Below the pieces are notes generated by a model. The model saw only the letters and a program-made list of their open reading frames with translations. It was not told the origin of the DNA and did no database searches. Source: Lingula anatina (lineage: Eukaryota; Animalia; Brachiopoda). Taken from it: 64,000 nt of DNA. Positions 17,641-27,683 of this stretch are shown piece after piece. The position numbers and the translations under genes were made by a program. The stretch covers positions 2,728,001 through 2,792,000 of the forward strand of contig CM120643.1 of NCBI GenBank assembly GCA_051362555.1. The letters are read 5' to 3'. The stretch's first letter is position 1. Each line of letters starts with the position of its first letter.

Positions 17641-18368
17641 CTACAATAAGTGCACTGACATGGTATAGCTGGCGCAAAATCAGAAGTGCACACGTGACAA
17701 TTTAATCATTGACAATTGTTCCAATTACTAGTCCCAGGCATGCGTTCACCAAGGACCTGGGGATCTCAAAGGCTACCCAAAGCGGTGTCAGTTATGCTTA
17801 CATATCATTTCACTGCGGAAAAGGCAGCGTTAATTATTTGCTTTATCCCAATCGATTGTTTCATTAACTGCATGGCAGCATAAGTGAAATGTAATCACTC
17901 GAATTGTGAAATTGCAGAAAGGCACATTACGCGTGTAAAGCAGTTTGCAGCAATCCGCTGTCTTAGTACTTTCAGATAAAACTTCGACTAGATTATTTGC
18001 TCTGTCCACAAAGAAATGCAACGTCATACATATATACGTAATACATTACAAACGGTGTTTGTGCTCTATTATTTTTCTGACTTAGGCCTCTTTGATTTAC
18101 TTAAAGTATAAATAACGTAAATTAGGGGTTTTAAAGATTAGCTTGTTGAGAGTTTGCATTGTATTCCGACAGATGAAGAAATGAATTAAATAAAAAACAA
18201 AAGCGTCAATCAAAGCGTTCAATATTTGAGATCGATTTATCTCCCAGGGGTGGATACGGGTGGATTCTTATTCCTGTATCTGGCACCAAAGGTTTGCCTT
18301 TTCTTTTGATGCAGTCACGTCTATCATCACCAATACCCTAGATACGGGAAAGTTGCTTCGACATTCTG

Positions 18369-18646
18369 GGCTGTTTTTATAAAAAAAAGCTATAGCACGA
18401 AAATGGGTTTAGACTTCAAGACCAAAAATTGAGCCTAGTTTAATCCAAGACAAATCTCTTGTGTTCTATTTGTGTTTAAGAATTAAGTAAGTAATCAAGT
18501 AGTAATCCAAAATTGGGGTATATATATGTATTTCTCGTTACAAAACAGACGCGATAACCCATTAATTGCTGATTTACTTTGTGTCAAAGATCATTTGAAC
18601 TTAAAGAATAGACCCATTTTTAGTACATAGCTTTCTTGAGACTGGC
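18369..18646. mobile_element. Degenerate inverted-repeat element upstream of SLC10 B (paralogous copy about 24288-24556)
   Basis: Left end AAAGCTATAGCACGAAAATGGGTTTAGACTTCAAG is roughly the reverse complement of CTTAAAGAATAGACCCATTTTTAGTACATAGCTTT at the right end; present in both duplicated units. Confidence 0.45.
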
Positions 18647-18649
18647 TTA

Positions 18650-18867
18650 GAGACCATTCCCACAGATATTTAGATCGATTTATCCCCCCCACCGGGAAGT
18701 CTCACTAATTTGCTGTCAGCTTAACAGGCTTAAATGTCTGTCCCGCCTACTAAAAGCTGTAAGGGGGTAAATAATTCAGCTCCCGGAAACTGACGGCAAT
18801 TTAGCGTGAACCCCCAGGGAATTAGGTCGATCCAGATGGATCGATTTAAATCTGTGGGAACCCAGTC
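18650..18867. mobile_element. MITE family A copy (PIF/Harbinger-like, TTA TSD)
   Basis: TTA|GAGACCATTCCCACAGA...TCTGTGGGAACCCAGTC|TTA; absent from the paralogous position upstream of gene C. Confidence 0.85.
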
Positions 18868-19024
18868 TTAGTTCTACCGCGTGAGCAAGGGGTGCACCGC
18901 ATGTAATCTATAATGGATTACTAAGTGGCTATTACGGATACCCTTACGATGACATCTGACAACTGCCTTTAAGACACCAGTTTGCTTGGTTTCAACTTTG
19001 CTGTCGAAAAGGGTGACCAGGAAT

Positions 19025-21294
19025 ATGACACCGTCAGTGCGATGTATCGTACTTTTCATTGCAGCAGCTAACAGTCTTTTCTCCTATTCCTTGGGCGTTA
19101 ATGTAACGTTCAGTCCAACGAGCATTCTCCTTATTGAGGAAAGAGGTACAGCGCTTCACTTCAACTATAGTTGTTATGGCTGGATGAACATTTCCATACG
19201 CGCTTGGACCAAGGACAGTCGGGTTGCCAGTGCGCGGTACTTTGACGACAGTTTCCATGGTGACAACAGTTCTGTTTCTATGACGACAACCAACCCAAGT
19301 GCTGTTGTTACTCCGCAGCTAAATGTAGAATGCAGTGGCAAAATTCAAATCAATGCTCGGCGGCTTGGACGGACCGAGATTAGCTTAGAGTTCACGTATA
19401 TAAAAGAATATAACAACCAAAAAGCAGGCTCTGTACATGTGGAGCTTCAAACTGAGACCGTCGTCTACCCTGACCTGGTGGTCATACGTGCACCACGTCT
19501 GATAGATCAGATATTTAGGTATGTCACAACAACATTGGTTGCTATTATCACGTTCTTTATGGGCTGCACGTTGAACATAGAGACCGTGAAGGGGATTCTG
19601 AAGAAACCAGTCGCCCCTTTGCTGGGGTTTTGCTCTCAGTACGTGATGATGCCTCTGGTAAGTGGTTCTTAGAAACAAAGGGACCATTCCCAGACCCTAT
19701 CGTACTAACTGTGGATCGATCTATCTCCGAGGGGATTGTCGCTGTATTGCAATCAACTTAAGCGGCTTAGATGTATACACGCCTATTGAAGCTGCAAGGG
19801 GGTAATTGATTATCGTTTAACAGATTCAGTACGCGTACCAGACATCTAAGTCTTTTATGGTGAAACCAATTTACCGAGAAACTTCTCTGAGATGGATAGA
19901 TCCTGTTAGATTGATCTAGGTATGGAAACCCAGTCATAAATACCTAGAAATGATATGAAGTCGTTGTGATATACACTTTGTTCGATTTTAGAGTTGTTTT
20001 TCGGTGAAATGCCGGGACTTTCTCTAAGCATGTATGTCAAATGAAACCCTGTGACCCTTTCGTAATATATTCTTTGTTCTGGCAAGTGCCGCTCAAGTGA
20101 CAATGAATTTTCTCGTTTTTTTTTTTTTTTGCTGATTTGCCTCAATAGGTGCGAATCTTTAATATTCACGAGAACCTATGTCTTGCAGAATACTTTGCTT
20201 GTTTTTGCTCAAAAATAATAATTATTATTATAATTATAACAACATTTGTTTATATTTCGCAGCTGGCTTTTGCAGTCTCTCAGATCACTCAAGTGGAACC
20301 AGCGTTTGGATTAGGTCTTCTGACCATAGGCTGTAGTCCCGGGGGTGGGGCCAGTAATATCTGGACCGTCTTGTTAGGAGGGGAACTGGAGCTCAGCATC
20401 ACTATGACGTTTCTGAGCACTTGCCTGGCTCTAGGTGAGGAGAGAGAGAGAGAGATAGAAAACTATCTACTCTATTAAAACTAATTACCTTGTAACTCGT
20501 TGGAAATACGGTTCCCCGCAAATACTTACGAAATTGCCTATCACTTCTACATATGTATAAAGACCTAATACAGATAACGTTATTTTGTTCTAGGCATGAT
20601 GCCCCTGTGGCTATTCCTCCTGGGCCGTTTCTTCGTCGATGAAAGTAAGATTAAGATTCCTTACGACAACGTCGCTACAACTATTGCCACCCTCGTGGGA
20701 CCTGTCGCCTTGGGGTTGCTTTTACATCTATGGAAACCCAAGCTTGCAATGAAGTGCAAACGTCTTATACGCCCACTAGCGTTAATTTTTCTGATATATA
20801 TTTACACGTTTGGGATGTACGTCAACTGGTTTATATGGGGTTTGCTGGCAGACCACTCTTATCTTCTCGCAGTCGGTATCATCACACCTTGGTGCGGATA
20901 CATATTTGGGTTCTTCCTTGCAAAAATATTCAGACAGCCTAAAAGACGCGCCATAACAATCGCCTTGGAAACCGGGATCCAAAACATCGGTATACCAATA
21001 ATCATTCTGCGGTTCTCGCTTCCTCAGCCTGATGGAGACTTGGGGTCCCTGATGCCTTCTCTTCAGGGGCTGTCACAGATGCTGCCACTGTATCTCATAC
21101 TGATTGCGTTAACCATTAAACGTAGGTGCTGTGATAAAGGGGACGACGAGGAGAGTGAGTGTGAGTTGAAAGATATTAGCAAAGTTGAGAACAGTGTATG
21201 CAACTCAGCGTTTGAAAAGCACGAGAATGGAGTAGCACTAGACGCAGAAAAGTTGGAGAAAGACAACGAAAATGGGAAAAAAGACGAAAAATAG
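19025..21294 (+). CDS. SLC10 family Na+/bile-acid cotransporter-like, paralog B (501 aa)
   Basis: First ATG 19025 (MTPSVRCIVLFIAAANSLFSYSLG signal peptide); exons 19025-19657, 20263-20434, 20594-21294; motifs GFCSQYVMMPL, GCSPGGGASN, LETGIQN. Confidence 0.93.
19680..19935. mobile_element. MITE family A, divergent subfamily (related copies 3399-3582, 56136-56392, partial 62281-62336)
   Basis: GGGACCATTCCCAG...GGTATGGAAACCCAGTC termini, internal GATCGATCTATCTCCGAGGGG and CTTAAGCGGCTTAGATG; 3399-3582 copy has TTA on both sides. Confidence 0.75.
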
Positions 21295-21452
21295 GTGTTT
21301 TAAATGACCGGTAGAGACGTAGATCAGGCCTCAGATTCCCGAGCGCAAACGCCAATATTAACGAGCCGCACCTCAGATTAACAAGCACAACGAAAAGTTA
21401 CCGAGCACAAACTTAGCGTTTCCAAGCACTAGCCGTAGATGCATGTCTCTAT

Positions 21453-21631
21453 AAGCGCAATCAGAACAGCAGACTAACAGATCCGCGGATCAAATATGGC
21501 CGACCCACTTGAATGCTTGTTGCGTAATCACCGCAGGGAATCTCTTCAGTGTCTAATCGGGAATTTTAGCTTTTTAGCGGATCGCCATATTTGATCCGCG
21601 GATCTGTTAGCACGCTGTTCTGAATGCGTTC
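21453..21631. mobile_element. MITE family B copy 2 (hybrid junction copy of the tandem duplication)
   Basis: Left flank GTCTCTAT matches the copy at 27494; right flank TCATATT...CGATAATATAGAGGGTGAGG matches the copy at 16234. Confidence 0.85.
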
Positions 21632-22948
21632 TCATATTATCATCAGTTTTATTTGCTGTGAACGATAATATAGAGGGTGAGGTAATAGGTTATATAAATG
21701 GAGTAAACCACCAGCGGACCTAGAATTTTTGCTATGGCAGCACGAGGATGAAAACTTTGGGATTGGGAATAACTTCTCTATCATTTCATGTGTAACGGTT
21801 CATAACAAAGTACGCTTTTCTTTGTTCTTATTCTTGTTTATACAATACTATTGTGCTGTAAACATATACAGAGCGATGAGCAAATAAGAATGCGATCATC
21901 ATAATAATCTTATTCGTAGCTATAATCTGATGCTATTCTTCCAAATGTTCTGAGGCTGGAGAAACCATCCTTAAATCCTGATAATAAACCTACTGAGCAC
22001 CCGTGGCATGAATAAATACATGTAATAAATGTGAATAAATGGTACTAAATATGGATATCTCAACCGCTAGTTTGTATTTTTTGTGGCACTCATCATGTTA
22101 GTTATGGTATCTGGAATGGAAATCACCATTCATAGCAATTAACATCTGTGATGTATTCATTTATAGATAAAAGCACATGAAACTGGGTGCGGGACAACCT
22201 TTTTGACCAGTGTTGTAGTTAATTTATAAAGAAGTAGAACGAAAACAAACACGTGCGAATACTTCCAAACTTTGAAGACCTTTTATCAGTTTAGGGAATA
22301 TGACTAAATCGTCACAAGTAGAGCAAAAGGTCTTCAAAGGCCAATCTCACCCCAGGTTTGGCCCAGATAATGACCTTATATACCGTAATGATATGTGCCG
22401 TTTTACAATTTTCTTAATTCTTGGAAAAAATAAACTAATCCTTTTTCAAGTCTATAAATCAAGCACATTTAGACTATTATTTCAAGACAGGTTTGCCGTG
22501 ATATTTGAAAAAACAAACAAACAAAACAACCTTTAGCTAATAATAATAACAATTTCCTCTTTGTCTCTGTATTAGAATTTAAAGATACATACATCTTTGA
22601 GTTGGGCTTGCTGTTATTTTTATTCGTGACGAAATTCAACGTCCCGTGAACAGTTAAAACTTCTGTTGCGCGCTGAACTTGTAATGGAAAAGAATCAAGC
22701 AAAGCAGATACATGTACATTGACAGATGAGCCTTATCTTGTACTTTCCTAATTAGTAAATAAAAATCCATATTCATTATACTCGTGTTTAAATCAAGTGA
22801 ATACAGGTCGCTGCATCCTGTATACAGTTTATTTATTTATTTATTTATTACGGTTCAGTTCTTTATGACCATGACGTACCGAATCCAATACGTAGAATGA
22901 AACATAATAATAATAAGAAGAAGAAGAAGAGAAAGACGGAAAAAATAA

Positions 22949-23034
<86 letters not shown>

Positions 23035-23170
23035 CTCATAAACAAAACAATCTAACACTCATTCAGCATTCTGAAGACTTAAAATTCTCACAAGTTTCTC
23101 TTCGACGGGCACCCGTTCCATGGCTCAAGTTGAGAGTTATTCAACGTTTGATTTTATACATATATATTAT

Positions 23171-23462
23171 CAGGGGCGGATCCAGGATTAAATATAGGGC
23201 GGGGGTGGGGGGGGGTGGGGGGGGGCGCGGATGCAGAGCCGACCCCACCCACCCCCACCCCCACCCCCCTTGGCGTGGGGTTCGGGCCCCGAAAAGTTTT
23301 GGTATTTTAGAGGACGAATGGTGTCATTTGGTACTGTTAAGAAGAAATATTCAGCTAGTCAAAATTGTAATTTCAAGAGGGCACCATTGGTGTGATTTTT
23401 TTTCAGGAATCAAAGGGGGGGGGTCAGGACCCCCCTGACACCCCCCTCTAAATCCACCACTG
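23171..23462. mobile_element. CAGGGGCGGATCC-type MITE with 6-bp TSD TATTAT
   Basis: TATTAT|CAGGGGCGGATCCAGG...CTAAATCCACCACTG|TATTAT; missing from the paralogous (AT)n site near 17600. Truncated inverted relative at about 41095-41309. Confidence 0.85.
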
Positions 23463-23466
23463 TATT

Positions 23467-23545
<79 letters not shown>

Positions 23546-24739
23546 ACCTACTATTAGTGCAATGTCCCGGTATGGCTGGCGCGAAATCAGAAGTGCGCAC
23601 GTGACAATTTAATCATTAACAGTTGTCCCAATTATTAACCCCAGACAAACGTTCACCAATGCCTGGGGACTTCAAAGGCGACCCAAAGCGATGTTGGTTA
23701 TGCATATATATTAGTACACTGGTAAAAGGGCTGCGTTATTTATTTGTTTATATCCCGCGATTGATTGTTTTGGTTTAATACGTGGCAGTGTAAGTGAAAC
23801 GTAATCACTGAAATTGTCAAATTGCGGACAGGCTGATGACAATATTTACAGCAGTACGCGGCAATCCGTACTTTTAGACAAATCTTGATTATTTATTTAT
23901 TTGCTATGTCCACAAAGACACAACGTGATACATTTACGCAATACACGAACAAACGCTGTTTTTTTCTCTTTTATTGTCGCTAGATTAAGACTTAGACCTA
24001 TTTAATTTACATTCAAGGTACTTTACGCACGTGAGGATTTTTACGATTAGTTTGCATTGCAACAGATAAAGAAGAAAATTAAATTAAATTAATAAAAAAC
24101 AAACAAAAAACAAAAGCGTCGATTAGAACATTTAAAAACCAAACATCTGAGATCGATTGATCTCCCAGGGCGTTCTAGTTTTGGATTCTTATTCCTGTAC
24201 CTGGTACCAGAGCTTAGAATTTTCTTTTTATGCAGTCACCGTTATCATCATTAATACGCTAGATATCAGGAAGGTTGCTTAAACGTCCTGAGCGGTTTTA
24301 AAAAAGAGATATAGCAGGAAAATAGGTCTAAACTTTAACACTCAATTTTGGCCTATTTTAATTCAGGACAAATCTCTAGTGGTTTACTTATGTAAAGTAA
24401 TCAAACATTGATCTAAAATTTGGCATATGTTTCTCGTTTCAAAACAGGCAGGATGACCCATTAATTGGGCGCTACTGATTTACTTTGCGTCAAAGATAAT
24501 TTGGTCTTAAGACTAAATCCGTGCCAGTCAATAGCTTCTCTTGTGAAACCGCCCCACAACATACATAGGCGTAGTTCTAGCGCGTGAGCAGCACGTGCGC
24601 CTCATGATAATGTAATATATAATGGATCGCTTAGTGGCTATTACGGGTATCCTTACGATGGCATCTGAAAACTGCAGCTGCCTTTAAGACACCAATTTGC
24701 GTGGCTACAACTTTTCTGTCGAAAAGGGTGACCAGGAAT

Positions 24740-25754
24740 ATGACACCGTCAGTGCGATGTATCGTACTTTTCATTGCAGCAACTAACAGTCTCTTCTCTT
24801 GTTCATCGGGCGTTAATGTTACGTTCAGTCCAAAGAATATTCTTCTTCTTGAGGAAAGAGGTACAACGCTTCACTTCAACTACAGTTGTTCTGGATGGAT
24901 GAACATTTCCATACGCGCTTGGACCAAGGACAGTCGGGTTGCCAGTGCCCGGTACCTTGACGACAGTTTCCATGGTGACAACAGTTCTGTTTCTATGACG
25001 ACAACCAACCCAAATGCTGTCGCTATTCCCCAGATTATTTCAGAATGCTATGGCAAAATTCAAATCAGTGCTCGGCGGCTTGGACGGACCGAGATAAATT
25101 TAGAGTTCACGTATATTAAGGCAAATAACACCCAAAAAGCAGACTCACCGGTGCTTCAAACTGAGACCGTCGTCTACCCTGACCTGGTGGTAATACGTGC
25201 ACCACGGCTTGTAGATCAGATATTTAGGTATGTCACGACAACATTGGTTGCAATTATTACGTTCTTAATGGGCTCCACGCTGAACCTGGACACCGTGAAG
25301 GGCATTCTGAAGAAACCAGTGGCTCCTTTGCTGGGGTTTTGCTCTCAGTACGTGATGATGCCTCTGGTAAGTAGTTCTTAGAAACATACATACCTAAAAT
25401 ATGAGCGCATTCACAACAGCAGTCTTAGGCTGTATTCCCAGAGCTTTTAGATCGATCTATCCCCGTGGGGAGTCTCACTAGATTACTGTCAGATAATCCG
25501 GCTTAAATGTCCGTCCCGCCTACTACAAGCTGTAAGGGGTAATTAACTTTCGTGTCCGCCCGGCTGACAGCTATTTACGTAGCGTGAGCCCCCAGGGAGT
25601 TAGGTCGATCTAAAGTAGATCGATCTAATCTCTGGAAATGGGGTCTTACAGATCCGCTGACCAAATATGGCGACCTAATAAAAACTTAATTCCCGATTAG
25701 ACACTGAATAGATTCCCCGCGGAAATTGCGCAACAAGCATACACAGGCCCGTAG

Positions 25755-25799
<45 letters not shown>

Positions 25800-26291
25800 G
25801 GGGGGGGGGTTTCGAAAGAACCACCCTTTTTTGCTATGAAAAAGGTCAAATCTAGATAAAATTTTATCTAGGTACATGAAGGTTTTATGGTAAAAGGTCC
25901 ACTTTTTCAGAAAACGAGCCCCCATTTTAAATTGCTGGCTACGGGCCTGATACAAGTGGGTGGACCATATTTGATCCTCGGATCTGTTAGTCTGCTGTTC
26001 TTGATTCACTGTTTGTAATCGTTGCTTTGTTGGGTTTAAGAGGTGTTTTTCCGGTGAAATGCCAGGACTTTCTCTGGGTTTTTGTGTCAGATAAAACGCG
26101 GGCACCCTTTCGTAATATATTCCTTGTTCTGGCAAGTATCGCTCGATGAACAATGAACTTTCTCACACATAACGGATACAGGTAGTGCATATCTTTTGCC
26201 TAAACATGTCCAAAAGATGCGAATCTTTAGAGAATCTTAAGAGTTTAAATGTTAAGAAGACACTATGTTTTGCAGATTAATTTGTCTTTTC

Positions 26292-26339
<48 letters not shown>

Positions 26340-26601
26340 TTTGTTTATATTTCGCAGCTGGCTTTTGCAGTCTCTCAGATCACTCAGGTGGAACCCGCGT
26401 TTGGACTAGGCCTTCTGACAATAGGCTGTAGTCCCGGGGGTGGGGGCAGTAACGTCTGGGCCGTCATGTTAGGCGGGGAACTGGAGCTCAGCATCACTAT
26501 GACGTTTCTGAGCACTTGTCTGGCTCTAGGTGAGGAGAGAGAGAGAGAGAGAGAGAGAGAATTAGAGAGAGAGAGAATATGTGTGTGTGTGTGTGTGTGC
26601 C

Positions 26602-26656
<55 letters not shown>

Positions 26657-27449
26657 ATATCTACTTTATGAAAACTAATTACCATAAATTGCCAATCACT
26701 TCTACATATGTATAACGTCCTAATACAGAGAACATCATTTTGTTCTAGGCATGATGCCACTGTGGCTATTCCTCCTGGGACGTTTCTTCATCGATGAAAG
26801 TAAGATTAAGATCCCTTACGACAGCGTGGCTACCACTATAGCCATCATAGTGGGACCCGTCACCTTGGGGTTGCTTCTACATCTAAAGAAACCCAAGCTG
26901 GCCATGAAATTAAAACGTCTTATACGGCCACTAGCGTTAATTTTCCTGATATACCTTAACTCTTTCGGGTTGTACGTCAACTGGTTTGTATGGGGTTTGC
27001 TGGCAGACCAACCCTATCTACTGGCAGTCGGCATCATTACACCTTGGTGCGGATACATATTTGGGTTCATCCTCGCAAAAATATTCAGACAGTCCAAAAG
27101 ACGCGCCATAACAATCGCCTTGGAAACCGGGATCCAAAACATCGGCATACCAATGCTCATTCTGCGGTTCTCGCTGCCTCAGCCTGATGGAGACTTGGGG
27201 TCCCTGATGCCTTATCTTCAGAATTTGTCTCAGTCGCTGCCGCTGTATCTGATTCTGATCGCGTTAACCATTAAACGTAGGTGCTGTGATAAAGGGGACG
27301 ACGAGGAGAGTGAGCGTGAGTTGAAAGATATTAGCGAAGTTGACAACAGTGTGTGCAACTCAGCGTTTGAAAAGCACGAGAATGGAGTTGTACAAGACGC
27401 CGAAAAGTTGGAGAAGGCCTACGAAAACGGGGAAAAAGACGAAAAATAG
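24740..27449 (+). CDS. SLC10 family Na+/bile-acid cotransporter-like, paralog C (499 aa), recent tandem duplicate of B
   Basis: Exons 24740-25366, 26358-26529, 26749-27449; same structure and high nucleotide similarity to gene B including introns and upstream DNA. Confidence 0.93.
25403..26009. mobile_element. Nested MITE complex: family B host carrying family A (25428-25645, TTA TSD) and family C (25744-25949, ATACA TSD)
   Basis: Removing both inserts restores a contiguous family B element (…CAGCAGTCTTACAGATCCG… and …CAAGCATACAAGTGGG…). Confidence 0.85.
26532..26656. repeat. Compound (GA)n/(TG)n microsatellite in intron 2 of SLC10 C
   Basis: Directly visible; similar compound arrays at 31986-32125, 36164-36212, 36331-36413, 38072-38127. 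Confidence 0.95.
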
Positions 27450-27493
27450 GTGTGTTTAGAACGACCGGTAGAGACGTAGATGCAGGTCTCTAT

Positions 27494-27683
27494 AAGCACA
27501 TTCAGAACAGTGGACTAACACCTCCTCGGATTAAATATGGCCGACCCACTCGAATGCTTCTTGCATAATTCCCGCGGGGAATCTATTCAGTGCCTGTCTA
27601 ATCGGGAATTAACCGGCAAGCTTTTTAGAGGGTTGCCATATTTGACCCGCGCGATCCGTGAGTCCGCTGTTCTGGATGCGATT
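27494..27683. mobile_element. MITE family B copy 3 (3' of SLC10 C)
   Basis: TAT|AAGCACATTCAGAACAG...CTGTTCTGGATGCGATT|TAT. Confidence 0.8.

Noticed and set aside
18986-19024. Upstream TTG/GTG starts given by the ORF track for SLC10 B and C (24701)
   Set aside because: Eukaryotic gene; first in-frame ATG (19025, 24740) directly precedes a signal peptide.
25686-26153. 155-aa poly-Pro ORF as a transposase or gene
   Set aside because: Runs through nested MITEs and a poly-G tract; no transposase motifs.
18900-27500. B/C duplication as an assembly artefact (uncollapsed haplotypes)
   Set aside because: Units differ by many substitutions and distinct TE insertions and are joined by a hybrid MITE junction.
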